Below are positions 28,993 to 38,913 of a DNA stretch of 64,000 nucleotides, piece after piece (the first letter of the stretch is position 1; every line of letters begins with the position of its first letter). The DNA is from Thermodesulfobacteriota bacterium. Lineage in GTDB: Bacteria; Desulfobacterota; Desulfobacteria; Desulfobacterales; C00003060. The position numbers and the translations under genes were made by a program. Location: positions 1 through 64,000 of the forward strand of contig JAXHVD010000020.1 in NCBI GenBank assembly GCA_034189385.1. The letters are read 5' to 3'. The notes beneath the pieces are model-generated. The model had not been told where the DNA came from, made no database searches, and worked only from the letters and a program-made list of their open reading frames with translations.

Positions 28993-29837
28993 TGGGTCGA
29001 GGAAGTCCCTCTGCCTTTGGCCTTGTGGCGGATCTTCTGATATTCCTGTGTGTAGATGGGTTTTTCTACATCTGTCAAGAGACCTATGGTGAACTGGTCC
29101 TCCAAAGCGCCGTCGGTCATTTTGCCGGCCTTCTCGATGGGTACTGCGTGATCCCTCAACCATTTGATCATCGTCACGGGATCGGACAACTGGTTTCGTC
29201 GTCCAAACTGGACATGGCAGTTGGACAGCACCTCCACCACACTAAAGCCCCGTTTCTGTATGGCCTTTTCTATGAACTTCTCTAGCAACTCTGCGTGGTA
29301 GATTGTGGCTCTGGCCACAAAGGCAGCGCCAGCGGTGATCGCCAACTCGGCAACGGAGAAGGCATGTTCAACATGTCCGTAGCAGGAGGTGGAGGTAAAA
29401 GCCCCATAGGGCGTTGTCGGTGAATGCTGGCCCCCTGTCATCCCATAGATCTGATTGTTGATAATGATGGTGGTAAGATTCAGATTCCTCCTTGCGGCAT
29501 GTATGAAGTGATTGCCGCCAATGGATGTGGCATCTCCGTCACCCATGACAACGATGACATTTAGAGAAGGGTTGGCCAACTTGACGCCGGTGGCAAAGGT
29601 CAAGGCCCTGCCATGGGTTGTATGCAGGGTGTTGAAGTCCACATAGACGTTCATCCGTCCGGAACAGCCAATGCCCGATACCAGGACAACGTCGTCCTTT
29701 TCCAGGCGCAGCCGATCGATGGCACGGATGAGAGCTCCTAGGACAATCCCATTTCCACAGCCGGGACACCAGACATGGGGAAACTTCTTGTCGTGCCGCA
29801 GGTACTTATGGATGAGTTTGGTGACTTCTTCCGGCAT
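28989..29837 (-). CDS. 2-oxoacid:ferredoxin oxidoreductase beta subunit
   Basis: WCPGCG, SGIGCS, GDGD..SIGGNH TPP motif, YGMTGGQ. Confidence 0.95.
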   Translation of the reverse strand: MPEEVTKLIHKYLRHDKKFPHVWCPGCGNGIVLGALIRAIDRLRLEKDDVVLVSGIGCSGRMNVYVDFNTLHTTHGRALTFATGVKLANPSLNVIVVMGDGDATSIGGNHFIHAARRNLNLTTIIINNQIYGMTGGQHSPTTPYGAFTSTSCYGHVEHAFSVAELAITAGAAFVARATIYHAELLEKFIEKAIQKRGFSVVEVLSNCHVQFGRRNQLSDPVTMIKWLRDHAVPIEKAGKMTDGALEDQFTIGLLTDVEKPIYTQEYQKIRHKAKGRGTSSTQ

Positions 29838-29882
29838 TTTCTACTCCGGGCCCTGAGCATTCCAAGGCTTTTTGTGGCGAGC

Positions 29883-31046
29883 CTATGAGATGTCCGTTGA
29901 CGATGATAGTTTCATAAGCTCCCCACAGATTTCCTGCGGCGTCATGAGTTGGCCGTCAATTCGGTTATACTTTGCTACACGGCAGGGACTCTGGTTCACG
30001 CGCTTTACCTCCCGGCTGATTTGTCCCACGTTCATTTCAGGAACCAGTACGGCCCGGCATTGCTCCAAGACGGCCTCCACGGTGCGTCTGGGGAAGGGAA
30101 AGAGGGTTATGAGCTGCAAGAGGCCTGCCTTGGTTCCCTGTTCTCGGGCTTCCAGTAGGGCGCTACGTGCAGAGCGGGCCACTGAGCCGTAGGCAATGAT
30201 GGCCACATCGGCATCATCCATCATAAGGGATTTGGTCATCTGAATCTCGGGAAAGCCCTGAGTAATCTTGCGATGGAGACGGCTGATGAGGTCCTTTACT
30301 TCATGAGAGCGCCGTGTGGGGAAACCCCGAACATCGTGCACGAGCCCGGTCACGTGATGACGGTATCCTTGTCCGAATGCCGCCATGTGTGGCACGCCGC
30401 GGCTATTGTCTTCGTAGGGCATATACCATTCTGGGGGCATACTGGGGGTGCTTCGGTTGACAACGTCGATCTTGCTGGAGGGCGGCAACACCACGGTTTC
30501 CCTGGTGTGGGCCACCATTTCGTCTGAAAGTATGATGACCGGGACACGGTATTTCTCAGACAGATTGAACGCCCGCAGGGTTATCTCGAAACAGTCAAGG
30601 GCGGTGGAGACGGCCAAGACGATGATCGGGTGGTCCCCGTGGGTCCCCCACCTGGCCTGCATGACGTCGCCTTGGGCTGGGTTCGTGGGAAGGCCGGTAC
30701 TGGGACCTCCACGCATGACATTTACCACGACGCAAGGGACCTCGGTCATGCAAGCAAAGCCCAAGTTTTCCTGCATCAGGGAAAAGCCGGGCCCGCTAGT
30801 GGCGGTCATACTCTTCACCCCTGCCAGGGAGGCACCAATCACAGCCCCCATGCTGGCAATTTCGTCTTCCATCTGAATAAAGGTGCCGTCCACTTGGGGC
30901 AAGCGGACCGACAGAAGCTCGCTTATCTCCGAGGCCGGGGTGATGGGATAGCCAGCGAAGAATCGACAGCCCGCCGCTAACGCCCCTTCTACAAGAGCCT
31001 CATTGCCTTGTAACAAAAGCCTTTCTGGGAACCGGCTCCTCGTCAT
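29883..31046 (-). CDS. 2-oxoacid:ferredoxin oxidoreductase alpha subunit (KorA-like)
   Basis: GYPITPASE, QMEDEIA, TSGPG, RGGPSTGLPT, EMNVGQ. Confidence 0.95.
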   Translation of the reverse strand: MTRSRFPERLLLQGNEALVEGALAAGCRFFAGYPITPASEISELLSVRLPQVDGTFIQMEDEIASMGAVIGASLAGVKSMTATSGPGFSLMQENLGFACMTEVPCVVVNVMRGGPSTGLPTNPAQGDVMQARWGTHGDHPIIVLAVSTALDCFEITLRAFNLSEKYRVPVIILSDEMVAHTRETVVLPPSSKIDVVNRSTPSMPPEWYMPYEDNSRGVPHMAAFGQGYRHHVTGLVHDVRGFPTRRSHEVKDLISRLHRKITQGFPEIQMTKSLMMDDADVAIIAYGSVARSARSALLEAREQGTKAGLLQLITLFPFPRRTVEAVLEQCRAVLVPEMNVGQISREVKRVNQSPCRVAKYNRIDGQLMTPQEICGELMKLSSSTDIS

Positions 31047-31405
31047 GAGGGATTCCTTGGTTCGCCTCCGTTCCGTTCCTTGATGGTGATGGCAAAATCC
31101 GGACAGTGCAACTCACAGAACCTGCATCCGATGCAGTCATCGGGCCGCTCAATCACAGGTTCACCTGTCTCACTGACGCCGATGACGTCTTTGGGACAAA
31201 AGGCACTACAGATGCCACAAGCCTTGCACCAGTCGCGGAAGATAATCTGGCTGAAGAGCCTTTTTGGCTTCTTGCGGCGACGCTGTTTGGATTCTTCCGC
31301 TTTGGGGAAAGGCTTGGTTCTCTTTAAAGGTTGTGGTGTCTTATCAAGCGGATGGGTCACCAGTTCTGCCTTAGCTATAGGTTTTGGATGGGGCGTTGCT
31401 GTCAT
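31043..31405 (-). CDS. 2-oxoacid:ferredoxin oxidoreductase delta (2x[4Fe-4S]) subunit
   Basis: CKACGICSAFCP and CIGCRFCELHCPDFAI; basic N-terminal extension. Confidence 0.9.
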   Translation of the reverse strand: MTATPHPKPIAKAELVTHPLDKTPQPLKRTKPFPKAEESKQRRRKKPKRLFSQIIFRDWCKACGICSAFCPKDVIGVSETGEPVIERPDDCIGCRFCELHCPDFAITIKERNGGEPRNPS

Positions 31406-31645
31406 GGGTCTACCCTCTTGCCCAGGCCGACGTCTCTTCAACGGGCTCAGAACAGGCGAGAAGTCATGTGGGCAACAGCTCGTGTAGAGGAAACCTAGTC
31501 CAAAGGTGTGTATTTTACAAGTATAACATAACTTGATAATGTGGATTTGCGTTTCCCAGTTCGACGGGGGTAGAAGGTCGAATGCACGGGCAGACCCATG
31601 TTCGTTAAGGTATGATTTTCTCCAGACAAGGAAGGCGGACGTAAG

Positions 31646-32635
31646 ATGGCAGGAGTGGATTCCAATAACCTGTTGCTCAGCGTTGAAGGGCTGAAAAAGC
31701 ATTTCCCGGTGCGTAGGGGTTTTTTTCAGAAGGCCGTTGGCTGGATCAAGGCCGTGGACGGCGTGAGCCTTGAAATCGAGCACGGGAAGACTCTCGGGCT
31801 GGTAGGGGAGAGCGGGTGCGGAAAATCTACTATCGGGCGTACGATCCTGAAGTTGCTGGAGCCGGACGCAGGGAAGATAACCTACATGGGGCGGGATATG
31901 ACCGGTTTTTCACAACATGAGTTGAGACCCATACGAAGGGAGATGCAGATTGTCTTTCAGGATCCATACGGGTCATTGAATCCTCGCATGACCATAGGGG
32001 CATCTATTGAAGAAGGCTTGCGGGCCTGCGGTGTCACAGACCGTGCTGACCGGCGGCAGGGGGTGGAGGAACTCCTGGAGATGGTTGGTATGGCTGCGGG
32101 AGGGGCTGATCGTTACCCCCATGAGTTCAGCGGAGGCCAGCGTCAGCGTGTCGTCATCGCAAGAGCGCTGAGTGTAAAGCCCTCTTTGATCGTTTGTGAT
32201 GAGCCCATATCTGCCCTGGATGTCTCCATTCAAGCCCAGATCATTAATCTCTTTAAAGAGCTGCAAGACAGATTGGGCCTAAGCTATCTGTTCATTTCTC
32301 ATGACCTGAATGTGGTAGGCTACCTCAGCGATGTGGTGGCCGTCATGTATCTTGGCAAGATCATGGAATACGCCCCGGCAGATGCCCTCTACGAGACACC
32401 ACTTCATCCCTACACACTGGCACTTCTTTCCGCCGCGCCCGGGGCCACTTCTGTGCCCAGAGCCAAGTGGATGGGCCTGTCAGGCGATGTCCCGAGCCCC
32501 CTGAATCCGCTGCCAGGATGCAAGTTCCAGGGGAGATGTCCTATGGTCGAGGAGAGATGTCGAACCGGAGAGATCGACTTTCATGAACTAGAGCATGGCC
32601 ACTGGGTCCGATGTTGGAAGGTTGCAGGCACCTAA
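31646..32635 (+). CDS. Oligopeptide/dipeptide ABC transporter ATP-binding subunit (OppF/DppF-like)
   Basis: GESGCGKS, YPHEFSGGQRQR, HPYT, C-terminal GCKF..RCP...C...C. Confidence 0.93.
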   Translation: MAGVDSNNLLLSVEGLKKHFPVRRGFFQKAVGWIKAVDGVSLEIEHGKTLGLVGESGCGKSTIGRTILKLLEPDAGKITYMGRDMTGFSQHELRPIRREMQIVFQDPYGSLNPRMTIGASIEEGLRACGVTDRADRRQGVEELLEMVGMAAGGADRYPHEFSGGQRQRVVIARALSVKPSLIVCDEPISALDVSIQAQIINLFKELQDRLGLSYLFISHDLNVVGYLSDVVAVMYLGKIMEYAPADALYETPLHPYTLALLSAAPGATSVPRAKWMGLSGDVPSPLNPLPGCKFQGRCPMVEERCRTGEIDFHELEHGHWVRCWKVAGT

Positions 32636-34362
32636 AGTCCTTCTGCGATACGGTGTAATCGCACACACGTCTCGGGCTCTATCTGGCGAAGATGTCTCTT
32701 AAGAGAGCGCACTGCCTGGGGGATATATTTCTTGAAATCCTGCTTACCCTTTTTCTTGCCCAGAAAGGCGAAAGCCCCCAGTATCTGGAGATTTCTGTTA
32801 ATGGCGCAGTAGGTGTAGGTGTGAAAAAAAGCAAGAGGGTCTACAGCAACAAAGGCCTGGAGCCTTCTTATGTAGTAACTGAGCAGATCTTTCTGGAGCC
32901 GCTGGGGAAGCTGTACGTAGGGATCAATGAGCAGCGAGGCAAGATCATAGGCAAGGGGACCGAGGCGGCCTCCTTGAAAATCGATGGCATAGCATCTATT
33001 GTCCTTTATCATGATATTGCGCGATTGGAAATCCCGGTGCATAAATCCGATATGGCTTTTATAAAGAGCTCTTTGGGCTAATAGTTTAAATTCTTGGTGA
33101 AGGTCTTCGAAGTCGATTCCAAGGCCCATATATCCATTTAGGAAGGCGTCCACGAAGTATCTGGCCTCTTTGTTCAAGATGAGATCTTCGTCGTACTGTG
33201 GTGTCTCATAGGAGAAGGCTGGATCGAAACCCTTTGCCCCTTCAACGCCCATAAGAACAAGCAGGTCCAGGACTTGGCTGTACGAGGCAATCACCTTTTC
33301 CTGGGCTTGTGTACGAAGGATTAGGGTCTGCAGGTGAAGATCGCCCAGGTCCTCCAAGGCTACAAGGCCGGAGGGGCGATCATAGCCATAGATGCGGGGC
33401 ACGGCGACCCCCCTGTTGTGCAAATGCCTGCCAATGGCGAAGAAGGAGTCGGCCTCACAGATGTTATCCCCCGAAGGGGGGCCATGATCAACGAGAACGA
33501 GCGTGGTCTCTTTCCGTGACACGCGATACCACCTGCGCTCCGAGCCATCTCCTTTGAGATTGGACCAGGCCAAGGGACTCTTTTCCGTTGTTGAACCGAT
33601 CATTGCCAGGGCCCTCCGCGTGAGGGCTTCTTGTACAGCGGCCTGGTATCCTTCCAAGGTCCCTATGTCATGCCAATAGTGGTTTCGGGCTATGAACCCC
33701 TTTACGGTCCTATGGGAACGGATCATGTCACAATAGACATCGATGATGCTGCAAGACCTCCCTTTGGGGATAAGGGTTAGGACCTTTGGATCGAGAACCT
33801 GTATGCCCGTGAAGGCGAGTCGACGGTGGGTTCCAGTGTCTTCTGACACAGGCTTATTCGAGCCAGGCCGGGTCTGAAAACTTACAGGGGGACAGGGTGC
33901 TGGGTGGCCAACCCCCCTAACGCAATCGTCGTTGTCTATCCACACATGGTTGTACTGGTCACAGTCATGTAGTACTAGGGTCACAGGATGTCTGTGGCCC
34001 AAGTGAAACCTATAGACCTCTTTGAAGTCAATATCGGTGAGGATATCGCCGTTGATGACAAGGAAAGGGGCCTCATCCCAAAAGCTTTCCACGTTTTTGA
34101 TGGCCCCGCCTGTACCCAGAATAGTCGGCTCACGGCGTGTTTGGACGTCAATGCCATAGTGCTTTTCCTGGACAAAGGCATGAATTACGTGGGCCAGGTG
34201 ATGGGTGTTGATGATGACACCGTCACATCCTGCGGCCTGAAGCCTTTGAATGAGGATATCTAGGAGTGGCTGGCCAAGAATCGGAAAGAGAGGCTTAGGT
34301 TTTTTCTTGGTCAGGGGCAACAACCGTGTGCCAAGGCCTGCCGCCAAGATCATGGCCTTCAT
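32632..34362 (-). CDS. Fused nucleotidyltransferase (MurU-like) - anomeric sugar kinase (AmgK-like)
   Basis: N-terminal MILAAGLGTRL.P.T...PKPL, INGD, WHDIGT; C-terminal GDGSERRWYR, EDLGD, HRDFQSRN, IDFQG, YDLASLL. Confidence 0.85.
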   Translation of the reverse strand: MKAMILAAGLGTRLLPLTKKKPKPLFPILGQPLLDILIQRLQAAGCDGVIINTHHLAHVIHAFVQEKHYGIDVQTRREPTILGTGGAIKNVESFWDEAPFLVINGDILTDIDFKEVYRFHLGHRHPVTLVLHDCDQYNHVWIDNDDCVRGVGHPAPCPPVSFQTRPGSNKPVSEDTGTHRRLAFTGIQVLDPKVLTLIPKGRSCSIIDVYCDMIRSHRTVKGFIARNHYWHDIGTLEGYQAAVQEALTRRALAMIGSTTEKSPLAWSNLKGDGSERRWYRVSRKETTLVLVDHGPPSGDNICEADSFFAIGRHLHNRGVAVPRIYGYDRPSGLVALEDLGDLHLQTLILRTQAQEKVIASYSQVLDLLVLMGVEGAKGFDPAFSYETPQYDEDLILNKEARYFVDAFLNGYMGLGIDFEDLHQEFKLLAQRALYKSHIGFMHRDFQSRNIMIKDNRCYAIDFQGGRLGPLAYDLASLLIDPYVQLPQRLQKDLLSYYIRRLQAFVAVDPLAFFHTYTYCAINRNLQILGAFAFLGKKKGKQDFKKYIPQAVRSLKRHLRQIEPETCVRLHRIAEGL

Positions 34363-34454
34363 GATATGGGTGCCTGGATTGAGTTATTGTACCTGCAACG
34401 TCACAGACTGTTGGATGTCACCGAAAGATTCCCTCTAGAATTTCCAGGGCTATT

Positions 34455-37124
34455 TCACTCTTTGGGCTTTAGTTCACCTATGTGTGCCACAATGTTATGC
34501 ACCGTGAAGCAGTTGAGATATTTGTCGATGACCTGGGTGTAAAACGCGATTTCTTCCTCGTCTTCTTTCCCACGGACACCTTTGAAGTTGAAAAATGTCA
34601 GGCCGTTTTCATAATTGACGTGGGAAAGAGCCTCTCTCCTTTCAATTTCCTTCTGTTTATAAAGCTGATTTCCCAAGGCGCGAATCTTTTTCATGCGTTC
34701 CTTCTTCACTATCTCTCTGCGGCCATATTGTTTCAGGACGCGAAGGACGACCCAATACGATTCAAAATAGGTCTTCAAAAAGCTGGCAAATACAAGGAGC
34801 TTGCGAAAACCTGTTGAGGTGATGTTGTAGGTGTCGGGCAGGGTACGGTGGGGCATGAGGAGGGCGTCGTCAATAAAGGCCTTCAGGGTTCTTCTGACCA
34901 TGTACTCGGGGGTTCTGTCCACATCATAGGCAAACTCATACTTAAAGAAGTCCTGCAAAAAATGGTAATCAGCGTGAAGGGCTGATGAGGAAAACTGAAA
35001 TGCGTCATATGAGAGGATGGCCAAGGCCGTGTATGCGGCGGGCACGAAGAAGTGGATGCAGTTGTTCTTGTAGTACTCGAGGTTCATCCGCTTGCTTTCC
35101 GGAGCCACAAATCTCTGTTTTCCAGGAGGCTCATTGTCTCTCACCTTCAGTCTTATCTTCTCAAGAAGTTTGCGATTAGTGTAGATAGCCAGAACGTTTT
35201 GAACAGCGTGTTCTGGATCATCAAGGTTTTCCGACAGCTGGGCATCCTGAAAAATAAGATGGTTCAGATATATTTCCACGTAGGCCATAAGATCACGTTG
35301 AGAAAAAACCTGTTTGGGATAATTTAGGATGGCACAGGCTGTCAGGGCCTGAGGGGTTACAACAGAGATCCGATTAACAGCGTTAATAATTCTATAGGCC
35401 AAGTTACGCCCCATGGCGAGGTACGCGTTTTGATCCATTTCTTGCAGGGAGCACGGGGCCTCAGAGGCCAGGGCCTCCAGCGAGATGGGTTCGTCAAATT
35501 GAACGTACACCCTGCCGTGTTGCCTGTTTAAGAGTTTTCGTGCACGAATCAATTGGCCAAAGCTTTCCTGTTTCTTTCTCTTTCCTTCCAATTCTTTCAA
35601 CAAAGAGGTCTCTTCCAACAGCCGATCATATCCTATATAGACAGGTACAAACATTAAATCGTTACAGGCTCCAGTCCTAAAGGCGTCCATCAGTATGGTG
35701 AGGAGCCCTGTTTTGGGAAGAATCATTTTTCCCGTTCTGCTTCGCCCACCCTCAATGAAGAACTCGATATTGAAGCCTTGCTGAACCAACATGCGCACGT
35801 ATTCTGAAAAGATCTGGGCATAGAGTCTTGCACCGTGGAAAGTTCGTCTGATGAAGAAGGCACCGCTTTTCCTAAAGAGGGTGCCCATGGGCCAGAAGGC
35901 CAGATTCGCCCCTGCCGCTACATGAGGGCAGGGAATGTGGTTCGTGATAAGCACGTAAGGGAGGATGAGGTAGTCAAAATGGCTCCTATGGCAGGGAACA
36001 AAGACCAGGGGGGCCTTTGTAGCAGCCCTCTTCACACGGTTCAAGCCTTCCATGTCCAGCACGATCCCGTCAAACATGGTTCTCCATATCCAGCTGAAAA
36101 TCATGCGGAGCGTTTCGATGAGTGTGGGACTATAATCGGCTGCTATTTCATTTAGGTCGGCGTCTGCCTTTTTGTGTAAATCAACCAGGTTCTTCTTGCC
36201 TGCTTTAACGTAGTCTGTCATGAAATCTTGAAACCGTTCGCTTCTAAGAATCAGCTCTTTCAACTCATCCCGTGTCTTGAGAACGGGCCCAGTAATGCTC
36301 TGGCGGTGGCGATTCATCTGATCTAGAAGCCTGCGTCTAAGAACAAAGGAAAGCTGTTCAGTGCTGCGCCCCCGGTTGTCTGTCTGCCGAATGAATTCTT
36401 TGAGGCTTAGTGGATCAGAGATCTCTACAAAGATTTTTTGAGGGCTCCGCAGCATGGCCATCAAGCGACGGAGGCGGCCGGGGTTTTCTTCACTGCCGAA
36501 GAGAATGTCTACAAGGCCCATGGGGGTTTGCTGCGGCCTTTTGCTGAAAAGCAGCCACTGGGGAATAATGTAGATAGAACGATCGAGGGTCTGCTGAAGC
36601 TCAATGAGGTAGCCCAAGGGGTCATGTCTGGCCTTTACAAAGCGGTGGTAAAACCCTCGGCGGTCCACCAGAGATAGGAAAGCCGCGGAACCGCTTTCCA
36701 GTTCACGCTTGAAAAAACCAGATGTGTAAGGATTGGGCAGGGTCCTGTAACGGAACAAATGATCCAGGTGTCCAAAGGCTATGCGGATGAGATCCAAGAA
36801 GTTCTGCCAGAGAAATATCCTGTATTCAAAGGCTATTTGTGGAAAAGGAAGTCCTTCCTTCTTGTATCTGATATGATAAAACAAGTACTCAAGGACGCTC
36901 TTATACTTAGAGGCATAGACGATAATCGGTCTGTCTTTAAGGGTCTTCAAGAAAGCGGTCTGAGTGGCGTTCACGGAGACATGGGAGAAAAGGGACTCCA
37001 GCAGAAGGGAGGAAAAGATCCCCCAACTTCTTGGCAGCGTCCCTGCATAGTGATCATGATGGCCCTGAAGGAAGGTATGCCCCCAGGCCCCTATCTTGGC
37101 CTTAGTACGTTGGAGAAGACCCAT
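34455..37124 (-). CDS. plsB: Glycerol-3-phosphate acyltransferase (PlsB-like)
   Basis: HRSHFD, AAGANL, GAFFIRR, FFIEGGRSRTG, YYKNN..H. Confidence 0.85.
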   Translation of the reverse strand: MGLLQRTKAKIGAWGHTFLQGHHDHYAGTLPRSWGIFSSLLLESLFSHVSVNATQTAFLKTLKDRPIIVYASKYKSVLEYLFYHIRYKKEGLPFPQIAFEYRIFLWQNFLDLIRIAFGHLDHLFRYRTLPNPYTSGFFKRELESGSAAFLSLVDRRGFYHRFVKARHDPLGYLIELQQTLDRSIYIIPQWLLFSKRPQQTPMGLVDILFGSEENPGRLRRLMAMLRSPQKIFVEISDPLSLKEFIRQTDNRGRSTEQLSFVLRRRLLDQMNRHRQSITGPVLKTRDELKELILRSERFQDFMTDYVKAGKKNLVDLHKKADADLNEIAADYSPTLIETLRMIFSWIWRTMFDGIVLDMEGLNRVKRAATKAPLVFVPCHRSHFDYLILPYVLITNHIPCPHVAAGANLAFWPMGTLFRKSGAFFIRRTFHGARLYAQIFSEYVRMLVQQGFNIEFFIEGGRSRTGKMILPKTGLLTILMDAFRTGACNDLMFVPVYIGYDRLLEETSLLKELEGKRKKQESFGQLIRARKLLNRQHGRVYVQFDEPISLEALASEAPCSLQEMDQNAYLAMGRNLAYRIINAVNRISVVTPQALTACAILNYPKQVFSQRDLMAYVEIYLNHLIFQDAQLSENLDDPEHAVQNVLAIYTNRKLLEKIRLKVRDNEPPGKQRFVAPESKRMNLEYYKNNCIHFFVPAAYTALAILSYDAFQFSSSALHADYHFLQDFFKYEFAYDVDRTPEYMVRRTLKAFIDDALLMPHRTLPDTYNITSTGFRKLLVFASFLKTYFESYWVVLRVLKQYGRREIVKKERMKKIRALGNQLYKQKEIERREALSHVNYENGLTFFNFKGVRGKEDEEEIAFYTQVIDKYLNCFTVHNIVAHIGELKPKE

Positions 37125-37299
37125 ATGGTTTGTGCCTGCATACGATATCGGCCATGGTCTGCAAACCATGGCCGAAGAAAGAGGAGGTCCCTTTATTGGC
37201 TGGGGCCTGTGACGTTGACAAGTGGGCAGCCAGTAGCGCAAAAATAGCAGCACATTTTGTTCATGTCAATTTGAAAATAGTGTGGTATGAGGCCATGAT

Positions 37300-37635
37300 A
37301 TGGTGACTATTGGAGATCTAGTGCTGGTTTACCGGGAAGAGAAGCCTGCCTTCTTTGCTCGTATCGAAGATGTCTCGGCCGACGTTAAGACCGACTGGTA
37401 TCAGGTCACGTTGCTTGTCTTGCAGGTCCCTGTTATAGAAGCTGTCTGGATACTCAGGGAGTCTTACATGGATGGCGAGACGTTTACGATGAATGGGACA
37501 AGGGTGAGGATTGAGAAGGTGCAGGCCCCCTCGGAGTCGGAGCGTGAGTCCTCTTGGTCTGAGAGGGGGGCCAGCCCAAATGATCTCTCGTCAGAGAACA
37601 AGGTCATATCCATTTTTGATCGAAAAAAGCGTTGA
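37300..37635 (+). CDS. Hypothetical protein (small beta-rich domain)
   Basis: GDLVLVY...FFARIEDV..D.K..WYQV; C-terminal KVISIF tail. Confidence 0.75.
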   Translation: MVTIGDLVLVYREEKPAFFARIEDVSADVKTDWYQVTLLVLQVPVIEAVWILRESYMDGETFTMNGTRVRIEKVQAPSESERESSWSERGASPNDLSSENKVISIFDRKKR

Positions 37636-37742
37636 TTGGCATTTTTGGCTTGATTTGGTAAACGGCTTATGTTAGGCAATCGTCACCAACGAATAGGACG
37701 TTACATTAAAGGAAATATGTGAACAAAGGAGGGTGTTGTAAC

Positions 37743-38048
37743 ATGAAAACATTAGTTGGCGGTGCGGCTGCGGCGGTTTTGGGCCTTATTGGTCTGGCAG
37801 TGTGGTGGAAGCCTTTCTTGCAGCTACTGGCGGGGGCTATACCCTTTGCTCTTCTTTCTGGTGGTGCGCTGGCCATCTACCTGGGGTTCGATGAATTGAA
37901 GGACACCTGGAAGAGCAAGGAAGAGGATTTCGGTGCCTCCTCTATGAATAAAGAAGATGTTGAAAAATATAAGAAAGAGGTCGAAGACCTGAAGAAAGAG
38001 GTTGAAGACCTTAAAGGCGAAAAGGAAGAGAAGAAAGCAAAGAAATAA
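37743..38048 (+). CDS. Two-TM membrane protein resembling magnetosome protein MamI, with a charged coiled-coil tail
   Basis: GGAGG RBS; GLIGLAVWW...LAGAIPFAL...G..A...G pattern; KKEVEDL tandem. Confidence 0.7.
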   Translation: MKTLVGGAAAAVLGLIGLAVWWKPFLQLLAGAIPFALLSGGALAIYLGFDELKDTWKSKEEDFGASSMNKEDVEKYKKEVEDLKKEVEDLKGEKEEKKAKK

Positions 38049-38092
38049 GAGCCCTTTCTGAGGCTCACATGGAGAAGCGTCTTTTCACATGG

Positions 38093-38126
38093 GCCCCGCA
38101 CACTTCCGTGCGGGGCTTATGCTTTT
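38093..38126 (+). terminator. Intrinsic terminator (possibly bidirectional)
   Basis: Perfect gccccgcac/gtgcggggc stem followed by ttatgctttt. Confidence 0.7.
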
Positions 38127-38157
38127 CAAGGCCCGTTGCCCTGCCAGAGTTCACCCA

Positions 38158-38823
38158 TTACGTTCCAGCACCCTTGTGGACTGCTAATCGTGCCAATCGG
38201 TCGGCCCGTTCGTTATCTGCTATACCAGCATGTCCTTCGATTTTATGAATTGATAACTGTTTAAATTTCTTCATTAATTTTTTTGTTGCGCCCACCAACT
38301 CTTCATTTCGCCTTGCCTTCCATCCCAGGACCAAAAGGCCATAGCAGTATTGGCTATCTGTGTAGAGATGGACAGGAAGATGGGGGGTGCGGATGGCTTC
38401 CAGCGCTTTCTTGATGGCCATGAGTTCGGCAATATTGTTCGTAGCGGTGCCGATGTACGTCGAGATTTCCTTTTTGCGGGATTCAAAACGCAGGACAATG
38501 CCAATGCCCGCAGGCCCTGGATTGCCGGAAGATGCCCCGTCCGTGTAGACGACAATGGTTCCGGGCTGAACAGGAGCGGCTGCTGCTGGAGACCCCGTCA
38601 CAACGGCACGACGGGTCTTCTTGTGGCTCCCCTTTTTGGTCAAGCGGTCGGGATCGATGGGTTGGACCGCCTTGGGGGGGACCCAGTATTCATAGTCCTG
38701 GTCTTGTTGGTATTTGATCAGGACCTTATGATTTTTCACTACAGGATGTTCATGGACATCTACGGCAAGCCAGACCTTATTCCCCTTGAACATCATCCGT
38801 TTCCATCTATATGGCTCCCTCAT
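38158..38823 (-). CDS. rnhA: Ribonuclease HI with an N-terminal extension
   Basis: YTDGASSGNPG, TNNIAEL, YTDSQY, GHAG, NERADRLA. Confidence 0.92.
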   Translation of the reverse strand: MREPYRWKRMMFKGNKVWLAVDVHEHPVVKNHKVLIKYQQDQDYEYWVPPKAVQPIDPDRLTKKGSHKKTRRAVVTGSPAAAAPVQPGTIVVYTDGASSGNPGPAGIGIVLRFESRKKEISTYIGTATNNIAELMAIKKALEAIRTPHLPVHLYTDSQYCYGLLVLGWKARRNEELVGATKKLMKKFKQLSIHKIEGHAGIADNERADRLARLAVHKGAGT

Positions 38824-38913
38824 GTCGCAAACCCCTCCGAGTCTATCACTTCTGTGTTGGACAACAAACCCATGTGGCTTATAATGATCGTTGCCTGGGA
38901 GAGCGAGAAAGGG

